The position numbers and the translations under genes were made by a program. A model generated the notes under the pieces. The model was not told the DNA's origin. It was given only the letters and a program-made list of their open reading frames with translations, and searched no databases. From assembly GCA_030622135.1 (NCBI GenBank), contig JAUXGL010000003.1, positions 1 to 61,902 on the forward strand: 61,902 nucleotides of DNA, in the 5' to 3' direction. Positions 53,818-61,902 of the stretch are shown here, piece after piece; the stretch's first letter is position 1, and every line of letters starts with the position of its first letter. The stretch is from Deltaproteobacteria bacterium (GTDB lineage: Bacteria; Myxococcota; B64-G9).

Positions 53818-54169
53818 TAATCATCTCGGATTTTAGATCCAGACTGACGAAACGGACGCGAGTGCCCTTCTCCTCGGGAGTGCCTACCGCGGTGATCTCC
53901 ATCACCTCCCCCTTGAGCAGCAGTTCCTTTTCGGAGCCCGGAAGGGCGAACCGGAGTTGGACAACCGCGCCAACGGGCATAGCCAAGGGCTTCTGGAAGA
54001 AAATCCCCCCGATGGAGATGTTGCCGTCGTGCTTCTCGAACGGCCGGTTGCCCTCGCTTACCTCCACCGCGATGGGAATCCTATGGGAATCCCGCCGGTC
54101 CCCCATCCGGCGCTCCTCGCCCCGGGAACCATCGTCCCGACGATCGTCACTAAACCTTCTTTCCGACAT
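53786..54169 (-). CDS. PilZ-domain protein
   Basis: The ATG at 54169 is preceded by GGGAGGAG. RRxxxR-type DRRDSHRIPIA and D.S.GG (DGNISIGGIFF) c-di-GMP-binding motifs. Confidence 0.75.
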   Translation of the reverse strand: MSERRFSDDRRDDGSRGEERRMGDRRDSHRIPIAVEVSEGNRPFEKHDGNISIGGIFFQKPLAMPVGAVVQLRFALPGSEKELLLKGEVMEITAVGTPEEKGTRVRFVSLDLKSEMIIARYLDEHME

Positions 54170-54244
54170 CCGAACACTCCTCCCAGACTCCCCAAGGGCT
54201 TGTACCGTAACGCCGGCACCCCCAATCGTCAAGACAAATCCCGA

Positions 54245-56803
54245 CTAGATCCTCCGCACGAGCACTTCTAAAAGAAACAACCCCAGGGCCAAAAACAAGA
54301 AGGGCGGCCAGTGCTCCTTGCGCTGCTCGCGCTGCTTTTGTCCCGGGGCGTAGACGTCCTTGGCGACCGGGTTCAGCTTGCCGCCGGTGGCCCGGGCAAC
54401 GGCCTCGAGCAAGTCGGGGTTGGCCCCGGCGGAAAGATGCTCCTCCATGTAGGTGCGGCTGAGTGAGGCATAGGCCCGCTCGACGGCCTCCCGCTCCCCG
54501 GTCCGTTCCGCCTCGAAGGCATAGGGGCCCAGACGGACAAGCGGCAACTCCGCGCGGTAGGTGCCCAGGCCCCGGCGCACCACCGAAAGCTCCGTCTCCT
54601 TGCCGGCGGGATCGATGGCCAAAAGTCGGGGAACCCGGGCGGGCCGATCGGGTCTTTCGGCCGGGATGCGTATGGTGAGCACCGAAAGATCCTCGATAAC
54701 CTTCCCGAACAGGCGAATGTCTCCCGGAGGCGTGTTGCGCAGTGTGTCGTTCACCAGCCGGGGCCACAGGCGCTCGAATCCTTTCCATTGGGTCCACTCA
54801 CCGCCCCAACCTCCCTGGGCATCCGTGGTGAAAACCGCCACCCGGCCCAGGCCGAACCTCCAGCGGGCCAACAGCGGCTCGGAGCGGTCGGAGCTCTTCA
54901 GCAACACCTCCGAGGTGGGCCGGGCCTCACTGGCGATATAGCCTTTCAGCGGCGGAGCGGAATCGAAGTCGATCCCCGAAAGCACCTCGACCAGCTTGGC
55001 CGGGAGCGCGCGGATGGACTGCTCCACCACGTTGCTCTCGGTTATGTTCTCGGTCTCCGCCGAGAATATCTTGGGCACGTTTTGCATGCTGTCGGTGAAG
55101 TAGAACCGGCCGCCGCTGCGGCCGGCAATGCGCTTCAACTCCTCCTGATCCGCGTCCGCTCCCAGCGCGACCGTGGTAACGGTGATCTTGTCGCGGGCGA
55201 TTTTCTCCACCACGTAGCCATAGTGGGCATAGATGCTGATGCTCTGCCCATCCGAAAGCAGAATTATGTGTTTCAACCGGGCCGCGCTCTTCTTCAACTG
55301 CTGGTGGGCCGCCTGCAGTGCCGGGTAGATGGAGGTTCCCCCACCGACCCGCTGGGACATGAGGATCTTGCGGATTTTCTTACGGTGCTTGGCATCGGTG
55401 AGCGGCACCACCACGTCCGGAAAATCGTCGAACATGACCATGGACACCTGCGCGGTGTCCCGCAGCCTATCCAGGGCGTCCACCACCGCCCGCATCAGGA
55501 TGACGAACTTGGCGCCCCGCTCCATGGAGGAAGAACGATCCATGACGAAGATCAGTGCAGCGGGTATTTTCTCCTTCTTCTTGACCTGCCTGAAGTGCAC
55601 CGGAAGCAGCGCCTCGATGGGAAAGTCCTCGGGGCCGGCCAGATCGGACGAGCTTGCGCCGGCGGTAACCAGTAGGCCGCCGGCGTACTCCTCCACGTAG
55701 CTTCTCAGGTTTTTGGTGGTCTTCTCATCGAACCTGGACAGGGCCAGGTCATCCAGGATCACCAGATCGAACTCGGACAACTCATCGAAGCGCTCCGGCA
55801 CCCGGCCCACCGTCAGCCGGACATCCTGACTGGAAAGCAGGCTTTTTAGCGGATTCTTCGCGGTGGTACGCTGAACCAGAAGCACCCGCGGCCGGCCGGT
55901 GACAAAAACCCGGCAGGCAGTCTTGTTGTTGTCCGGATAGCGATCTTTCGTGTAAACCCGTGCTCCCAGGTCGTGCCAACCCTCGCCTTCCAGGGTCGCT
56001 GAAAAAGGGACCCGGGTGACGCCACGTTCCAGCTTCACCACCCGGCGCTCGATCGGCTTCTGGTCGCGCAGCAGTTGCACGGACACCCGCCGACGAGTAT
56101 CCGAGGCAATCTGGATCTCCAGGTCAAACGGCTCGCCGGACCGCACGGACGGGGGAGCCACCACCCTTTCCATCCGGACATCGGTGCCGGACCGGGGGAT
56201 CAAGGCAACCGCCGATACGCTGATCCCAAACTGCCTTGCCCGAACCGCTTCGGCCCGGAGATCTCCCCGGGTTTCCACGCCGTCTGAAAAAATCACCACG
56301 CGCCGGTCATGCTCCGGCGGGAACAGGCCATAGGAAAACCGCAGCGCACCGGCGATGTCGGTGGCCCCGGATTCCGGCGCCGGGGGTAAGCGGATCCGGC
56401 GATTCTCCGGCCGAGCGACCAGAAACGGCTCCTTCCCGAAACCGACCAGATAGGTGGCCGCCTCGCCGCGCTGGGCCCACAAGTCACGAATTCGATCCTG
56501 CATGCTATCCCGAATCTGCTCGGAAATGCTGTCGGAAAGGTCCGCCAGAAAAACCACCGCCGGAGCGTTTTCCTTCGACACCTTCACCGGCTGGGCCAAT
56601 GCCACCGCCAGAACCGCAATCAGGGCCGCCCGCAGGATCTGCACGATCAGTCGACGGTACCAACGCAAGTCCCGCCCCATCCAGAGCCCCAGGACGAAAA
56701 ACACCGGAATGGCCAGTATGAGCAAGAGCCCCTCGGGGTTCTCGAGCCTCAGATCGTATTGACCCAGGAAAAACTGTATAGCTCTGGTTAGCTCTTCAAA
56801 CAT
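54245..56803 (-). CDS. BatA-N/VWA-domain membrane protein
   Basis: N-terminal double-TM region ...LENPEGLLLILAIPVFFVLGLW. VWA MIDAS motif IFVMDRSSSME. 852 aa. Confidence 0.75.
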   Translation of the reverse strand: MFEELTRAIQFFLGQYDLRLENPEGLLLILAIPVFFVLGLWMGRDLRWYRRLIVQILRAALIAVLAVALAQPVKVSKENAPAVVFLADLSDSISEQIRDSMQDRIRDLWAQRGEAATYLVGFGKEPFLVARPENRRIRLPPAPESGATDIAGALRFSYGLFPPEHDRRVVIFSDGVETRGDLRAEAVRARQFGISVSAVALIPRSGTDVRMERVVAPPSVRSGEPFDLEIQIASDTRRRVSVQLLRDQKPIERRVVKLERGVTRVPFSATLEGEGWHDLGARVYTKDRYPDNNKTACRVFVTGRPRVLLVQRTTAKNPLKSLLSSQDVRLTVGRVPERFDELSEFDLVILDDLALSRFDEKTTKNLRSYVEEYAGGLLVTAGASSSDLAGPEDFPIEALLPVHFRQVKKKEKIPAALIFVMDRSSSMERGAKFVILMRAVVDALDRLRDTAQVSMVMFDDFPDVVVPLTDAKHRKKIRKILMSQRVGGGTSIYPALQAAHQQLKKSAARLKHIILLSDGQSISIYAHYGYVVEKIARDKITVTTVALGADADQEELKRIAGRSGGRFYFTDSMQNVPKIFSAETENITESNVVEQSIRALPAKLVEVLSGIDFDSAPPLKGYIASEARPTSEVLLKSSDRSEPLLARWRFGLGRVAVFTTDAQGGWGGEWTQWKGFERLWPRLVNDTLRNTPPGDIRLFGKVIEDLSVLTIRIPAERPDRPARVPRLLAIDPAGKETELSVVRRGLGTYRAELPLVRLGPYAFEAERTGEREAVERAYASLSRTYMEEHLSAGANPDLLEAVARATGGKLNPVAKDVYAPGQKQREQRKEHWPPFLFLALGLFLLEVLVRRI

Positions 56804-56810
56804 TTCTCTC

Positions 56811-58703
56811 TCAGAACAAGATCCTGAACACGTAGAAGATCCAGTCGAACAACAAGAGCCAGGCTATCGCCAGCAAAACGATCGGCCACTGCAGCGGCGG
56901 TTCGGGATACTCGGCCTGGTCGAATCCGGCGACCACCGGGCCCGGCGGCTCCCCGGTCCGCCAGCGTACCCGGCCGGCCGACTCCCGCCGGTCACCCACC
57001 GGGACGGATTCTCTCTCCAGGTAGAAGTTCACCGGAACCACCCAGCGATTCTGGTGCCTCCGCGCGGAATAGTACCCGGGCAACCGCGGTCTCAGCAGGA
57101 GCTTGCCACCGACCTCCCGGGGCATCACCCGGTTGCCGGCCGGATCCTCGACTCCCTTCGCGGGCTCCACCCAGAGCGGAAGCTCCACCAGGTCTCCGAC
57201 ACTCGATTCGTTGAAGCCTCCAATGACCGCTTCCCCGAGAAACCAATCCAGCACGTTGTGTAACAGGAGAGGAAAAGCCACCCGCAGCGGCAGATCGCTC
57301 TTGGACACGTCGAACCCAACCCCCAACAAGCGAACCGGACCCTTCTCCCGAGCGATGACCAGGGGCCCACCGTCGTCGGAGAGCAGCTCCACATCTCCCG
57401 GTTCGGGAAGCAGCCGGCAGGCCTGCTGGACCTGAACATCAATGAGGGTGATTCCCCGGGTGACCGGATGGTCGCCCCGCAACGGCAGCAGAACGGGAAA
57501 CTCGACCTCCCGATCGTGCGCGAACGGACACCCCAAGCTCCCCGGCGGATTGAAATACATCGCATGAACCGGCGCCGGCGGGCAGATCCCGTCGAAAAAC
57601 ACAGCCTGGGCCCCCGCCAGGACTTCCGGACGAAAACGCGCGGGTGACACCACCTGCACCTCGATGGCGGGATTCAACCCAAGCGCCTTCTCCAGATACA
57701 GGTTCCCCGCGGTAACCAGCACCACCCGGCGGGTGCTACGCTCCGGTGTCAGCGCGTAGGCCCGGTCGTCGAGCGCGAATCCGTCGACCGGGCCGCCGCC
57801 CCGCTCTGCCGTGATGGTTGCCATCACCCGATCGGTCTCGAGGGGCTTTAGAAAATATGATCGCGTGACGGTTCCGCCGGCGGGAACACCGAGAATCTCC
57901 TCCCCCAGCAGCGCCTTTTTTGTATGAATGCAGAGCCGCGCCTTCCGGGCCCGTTTGCCGTAGTTGGTCACCTCCAGAAACACCTCGCTTCCCCGCGCGG
58001 CACCGCCACGAGGCCGGATATCAAAGGCGGTCACTGAAAGGTTCTCGGTGCTCTCCCCGACCGTCACCTGAACCAGTTCGAACCCCTCGGGAGCCTGCAC
58101 GGCATGAAAACGATCGCTCACCAGCACGATTCTCCCTACCGCGTTCTCGGCAAACCCGGCACCCGTCATGGTGCTGGAGGCGAAGTTCACGGCCTGCTGG
58201 GCTTCTTCGGACACCGTCGTGGGATTCAGTTCGGCCAGCGCCGACTTGATCAGGTCCGGATTGGATGTAAGCGGCACCAGCGGGCGGCAGGAATCGTCCA
58301 TGCTCATGAGCACCATGCGGTCCCGGGGCCCCATGGCATCCGCAATGCCGTTGGACAGTTCCACGGCCCGATCGAGGCGGGTGCCTCCCTTTTCCCGGGC
58401 GCCCATGCTGGCTGAGATATCCACCACCAGAACCAGGGTAACCGGCGGCTTGGCTTTTTCTGGTAGCAAGCGAGGATCCCCGAGTGCCAGCGACAACAAG
58501 AACAATACCAGCAGTTGGATTGCCAATGCCAACAGCTTGCGGAACGGCGTCCGGCGTTTGCCGACAATCTTCCGCCAGATTGGATCGGCCGCGACCACCA
58601 CGGTGCGTTTCCTAAACGACAGCAGATAGATGATCACCGCCGACAGGGCAGTCACGCAGAATAGCAAGGTGAACTCGGTAGATGTCAGACCGAAAAACCG
58701 CAT
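56811..58703 (-). CDS. BatA-N/VWA-domain membrane protein
   Basis: N-terminal TM pair, VWA MIDAS motif LVLVVDISASMG and a C-terminal TM helix. 7-nt gap to the downstream paralog. Confidence 0.75.
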   Translation of the reverse strand: MRFFGLTSTEFTLLFCVTALSAVIIYLLSFRKRTVVVAADPIWRKIVGKRRTPFRKLLALAIQLLVLFLLSLALGDPRLLPEKAKPPVTLVLVVDISASMGAREKGGTRLDRAVELSNGIADAMGPRDRMVLMSMDDSCRPLVPLTSNPDLIKSALAELNPTTVSEEAQQAVNFASSTMTGAGFAENAVGRIVLVSDRFHAVQAPEGFELVQVTVGESTENLSVTAFDIRPRGGAARGSEVFLEVTNYGKRARKARLCIHTKKALLGEEILGVPAGGTVTRSYFLKPLETDRVMATITAERGGGPVDGFALDDRAYALTPERSTRRVVLVTAGNLYLEKALGLNPAIEVQVVSPARFRPEVLAGAQAVFFDGICPPAPVHAMYFNPPGSLGCPFAHDREVEFPVLLPLRGDHPVTRGITLIDVQVQQACRLLPEPGDVELLSDDGGPLVIAREKGPVRLLGVGFDVSKSDLPLRVAFPLLLHNVLDWFLGEAVIGGFNESSVGDLVELPLWVEPAKGVEDPAGNRVMPREVGGKLLLRPRLPGYYSARRHQNRWVVPVNFYLERESVPVGDRRESAGRVRWRTGEPPGPVVAGFDQAEYPEPPLQWPIVLLAIAWLLLFDWIFYVFRILF

Positions 58704-59183
58704 TGAAAAAACGCTCCTTCAGGCACCACTCCTAGTCGAATTTACACTCACCAAAATGGACGAAACCTTGACCTGCTTCCTGTTCCACATCCCAAATCCA
58801 GGACATCTTCCGGTCAAATCTGCTCCTGTAATCACTCACGAAACTACGTTGGCATTAACACCGCGAGGAGCACATTCAGGTGGCCAGGTTTAGAGCCTGC
58901 CGCATTAATGTAGGCCGTTCATCGCACCAGTTCAAGCCTGCTTCCACAAAAAACCATGTCTGTCCGGAATCCGGACACGGTGTACGGATTCCGGACACCT
59001 CCGGATGGTCCGACTGGTCCGGGTGATAGCCCCAACCCTCTGACACGGTCCACTATCAGTAACTTACCTTGCAGATTGAAAATCACTATAGGATTTGAGT
59101 CGGTAAAAACCCTTGCTCTGGACTATCCTGTCTGCTACCTCCCTACGTGAGTAGTTGCATTGAAATTCACTATCAAACGAACA

Positions 59184-61112
59184 ATGCAGTCCGGGCCTCA
59201 TCGCAATATCGCCGCCATTCTGCTGCTCGCCGTGTTGGTGATTGCCGGCCGCCCGGCGTCCGCGGTGACAGCACGCTGGGCGTTCGAGACTGCATACGGC
59301 GACGGCCAGTGGTACCAGGGCTACGACAACGAGTCGGCGACGCTGGCCTGGGGCGAGTCGTTCGTGATGATGTCACTGGCGGCAATGTATCGGGCGACCG
59401 GTGACCGTGCCTATCTCGACCGTCTCGCTGCTCACGCCGACGCTGTCATGTCGCAACGCGACCATGCTCGCGGGGTAACCGACTACCGCGGCATCTCGAC
59501 CGCGTGCTGGCGCAACACCTCCTACCAGGTTCGGCCTTACTGCTACGTCGTCCACTCGGGAATGATCGCCTACCCGGTCGCGGAGCTCGTACGCCTGATC
59601 GGAGCCTGTCCTGATCTCGCCGATGTCGAGACCTATGACGGTACGACCTACGCCGCGAAAACCACGTCGCTGCTCGCCGCGGCCGAAGAGGTAGTCGCCG
59701 CTCACGATGACCAGTTCGTGCCTTCGGGAAACGCCGGTGACTACATCTTTCGCCCCGACGCCAACTTCCTTACCTACGCCGGCTCCCCGGTCCCGCTCAA
59801 TCAGCAAAACGCCATGGGGCGCCTCCTCGTCACGTTGTGGCAGATTACCGGGAACCCGGACTATCTCGACAAAGCCCAACGGCTCGCGATCCGTCTCCGC
59901 TCCGCGATCTCTCTCGGAGGCAATGGCGAGTATCTGTGGAACTACTGGGGTGGTTCCTACTCCGCGCCCGGCGAAGACATTTCCCACGCCGCGATCAACG
60001 TCGGCTTCGCGGCGCTGGCGGCTTCAGCCGGGATCGAATTCGATGAAGATGACCTCGAGGCATTCGCCCACACCTTCGTGGTCCACGTCTACGTCGATGA
60101 CGCAACCCTCTCCAATAACGTCGGTGGTGGTGGTGGCGTCAACGGCTCTTCCTACAAGCCTCAAGCCGGGCGCTGGCTGATCCTGGCTCCGATCCGAACG
60201 GTGATCTATCAGGCGGTGCGCAACTACTACGATAGAGAGATCGATCCCGTTGGTGTCGACAGTGGCTGGACCCTGCTCGGTTGGGCATACCTGGCCGAAT
60301 TCGAGCCCCCGCTTTGCGAGCAATTCTTCTACGACTTGAACTGGGCCGACATGGGTAGTTATATGGAGGCAACGGCGCAAGACCCCTATATCCTCACCAT
60401 TCCGCCGGATCCAACCCTGCCCTGCCTGGTGCCGCTTTCCATCGCGACCCACCGCACCGTCACCGTGTCGCAGTATGACGGCGAGGCCTATCACGCCAAC
60501 GCGGTCTGGTTGTCGACTGGCGGCTCGTTCGTCGATCGCCTCCTTGCCTACGAACCGCGCTGGCACTACGAGTACTGGAACGGCGGAGACCTCTATCAAT
60601 TCGAGGATGCATTCGTCCCCGGCGAAGGAGTGCGGGTGGAACACCCGGTGGGACGCACTGCGCCGGTGATAACCAGCACCGCGCGAACGACCGCCGAGAT
60701 CGGCTCCCCCTATTCCTACGACGATGACGGGTTACCCGCGGCTACCGGTGACGAGCCGCTGTGGTGGTCGGTCACCAGCGGCCCCGCCGAGGCTCGGCTT
60801 GACCCCGCGATTGGCGAGCTCTCGTGGGTACCAGATGAGGCTGGTTCCGTGACCATCGTCCTTCGCGTCGCCAACGACCTTGGCTTTGCCGAGCAGAGCT
60901 TCACGGTCGAGGTCGTGGATCCAAACGCGCCAGATGGAGGAACATCTGGAGATGCCGGTGAAGCTGGTGATGGTGGATCGAGCGCCGACAACATAGTTGG
61001 CGGGTGCGGCTGCTCGGCGGGAACGCGATCGGATCGTGGGGCGATAATGGGGGGCGGATTCCTGCTGCTGCTCGGTTTTTGGCGAACGCGATCACCTCCT
61101 CGAACCCCATAG
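59184..61112 (+). CDS. secreted alpha-helical-toroid-like protein with Ig-like domain and MYXO-CTERM-type sorting tail
   Basis: Signal peptide MQSGPHRNIAAILLLAVLVIAGRPASA. Ig-like region ...GDEPLWWSVTSGP...GELSWVPDEAGSVTIVLRVAND. Tail GGCGCSAG...GGFLLLLGFWRTR. The ORF-track TTG at 59160 is an alternative start. Confidence 0.75.
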   Translation: MQSGPHRNIAAILLLAVLVIAGRPASAVTARWAFETAYGDGQWYQGYDNESATLAWGESFVMMSLAAMYRATGDRAYLDRLAAHADAVMSQRDHARGVTDYRGISTACWRNTSYQVRPYCYVVHSGMIAYPVAELVRLIGACPDLADVETYDGTTYAAKTTSLLAAAEEVVAAHDDQFVPSGNAGDYIFRPDANFLTYAGSPVPLNQQNAMGRLLVTLWQITGNPDYLDKAQRLAIRLRSAISLGGNGEYLWNYWGGSYSAPGEDISHAAINVGFAALAASAGIEFDEDDLEAFAHTFVVHVYVDDATLSNNVGGGGGVNGSSYKPQAGRWLILAPIRTVIYQAVRNYYDREIDPVGVDSGWTLLGWAYLAEFEPPLCEQFFYDLNWADMGSYMEATAQDPYILTIPPDPTLPCLVPLSIATHRTVTVSQYDGEAYHANAVWLSTGGSFVDRLLAYEPRWHYEYWNGGDLYQFEDAFVPGEGVRVEHPVGRTAPVITSTARTTAEIGSPYSYDDDGLPAATGDEPLWWSVTSGPAEARLDPAIGELSWVPDEAGSVTIVLRVANDLGFAEQSFTVEVVDPNAPDGGTSGDAGEAGDGGSSADNIVGGCGCSAGTRSDRGAIMGGGFLLLLGFWRTRSPPRTP

Positions 61113-61266
61113 GAATTTTTGATCCGAAGTGGTAACTCAAGGTAGCAACCTGGGACCCGGAAAAGGATTGAACTGCTACCTGGAGGTTGCATCCTTGCTT
61201 GAACACCGAGGCGGTGGAAAGCCAAGTTTTCAGAAAAACCAAGCTATTAGGCATATCAGGGGTGCC

Positions 61267-61282
61267 TGGCACCGTTGTTGCT
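61267..61282 (+). promoter_or_regulatory. sigma-54 (-24/-12) promoter
   Basis: TGGCAC-CGTTG-TTGCT matches TGGCAC-N5-TTGCW exactly. Lies 84 nt upstream of the ATG at 61366. Confidence 0.7.
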
Positions 61283-61365
61283 AATGATCTAACCGATGGA
61301 GAATGAAATGGGGATTTGTTGGAGATGTGAGAAGTCACATTGTCAGAGAGTAAAGGAGCCTAATT

Positions 61366-61902
61366 ATGAACAAAACAATCACGATCATGGGGATTTCGAC
61401 AATTGCGCTCTTTTTGGTCGTAGGATGCACGCAAGAAGGACAAGAACCCGGGTGCGGCAACCAGATTTGCGAATCGGGAGAAGACGGCTTTACCTGTCCG
61501 CGGGATTGCTGTGTTGACGGGGATGGAGTTTGCAGGGATGGTTGCACTCCGGCAATTGACGACGATTGTAAAGCCAAAACAATCCAGGATTTAGCGGTGG
61601 GCATCCATTTGGAAAGTACAAGGGATTTTGGGGATGATGCTTATAAATATATAAAAAAAGCGGTTGATGATGTCGGATCTCAATTGATATCTCGCGGTTG
61701 GAGTGGTCATGGGTTTACAAAATATAGTGAGTATAGCGATTGGTTCTCTCATACTCAAGCTGCAAATGACGCTGGAGCGTTCTTTGGAGCATGGCAATCA
61801 GTAGCCAGAATAAAGAGGGAATTTGGAGGACAGGACGATCTCCTCACCAGTATGGAATTTAACGATTATACTACCCGAGGCGCGGATGGAAAATCATATT
61901 AC
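61366..61902 (+). CDS. cysteine-rich lipoprotein (partial; open to the window end, so absent from the ORF track)
   Basis: My own translation: MNKTITIMGISTIALFLVVGCTQEGQEPGCGNQICESGEDGFTCPRDCCVDGDGVCRDGC..., with no stop in 179 codons. AAGGAG SD. AT-rich (21/60 G+C at 61621-61680). Confidence 0.7.
   Translation, partial: MNKTITIMGISTIALFLVVGCTQEGQEPGCGNQICESGEDGFTCPRDCCVDGDGVCRDGCTPAIDDDCKAKTIQDLAVGIHLESTRDFGDDAYKYIKKAVDDVGSQLISRGWSGHGFTKYSEYSDWFSHTQAANDAGAFFGAWQSVARIKREFGGQDDLLTSMEFNDYTTRGADGKSYY

Noticed and set aside
61296-61517. 73-aa ORF-track entry near the window end
   Set aside because: It overlaps a longer open frame (ATG at 61366) that has a good SD, a lipoprotein signal and Cys-rich motifs. 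The 73-aa product is Arg-rich and motif-free.
1-61902. rRNA, tRNA or other structured RNA genes
   Set aside because: No stretch resembles rRNA or a tRNA cloverleaf by eye, and intergenic regions are short or AT-rich promoter regions. A covariance-model scan (tRNAscan-SE/Infernal) would be needed to exclude small RNAs.

Overview
High-GC bacterial chromosomal segment. Spot counts on single 60-nt lines give 42/60 G+C at 1261-1320. It is most likely Myxococcota, based on a MYXO-CTERM-type sorting tail, PEGA and AgmX/PglI-type domains, many CxxC-rich secreted lipoproteins and two consensus sigma-54 promoters. I support about 45 protein genes and saw no rRNA, tRNA or CRISPR array. Core content includes an OPT oligopeptide transporter, purA, a C-N hydrolase, a TonB-dependent receptor, an OmpR/histidine-kinase pair, a lytic transglycosylase, VWA/BatA membrane proteins, a BNR/sortilin-like protein, a PilZ protein and numerous lipoproteins. 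Two AT-richer accessory insertions stand out. (1) At 3.3-5.2 kb (28/60 G+C at 3721-3780) there is a translationally coupled ABC-type ATPase plus DUF4276/Toprim-like pair, resembling OLD/PARIS/AbiL. (2) At about 17.9-34.7 kb there is a roughly 16.8-kb island bracketed by 200-bp imperfect direct repeats (192/200 identical). The island reads: RtcR-family (CARF-type N-domain) sigma-54 activator, then a near-consensus sigma-54 promoter, then hsdR-hsdM-hsdS, then a 1398-aa fusion (HsdM-like methylase with a degenerate catalytic motif IV + half HsdS target-recognition domain + STAND-type ATPase + Gly/Ser/Asp/Tyr repeat). These are followed by a NACHT-like ATPase, a mini DUF4297-like nuclease and a DUF1016/YhcG nuclease, all tightly coupled. 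A divergent DUF457 + XRE-ImmA module completes the island. I consider this sigma-54/RtcR-controlled extended type I R-M operon the best candidate for an undescribed defence system. All family calls come from motif recognition by eye; no database search was run.
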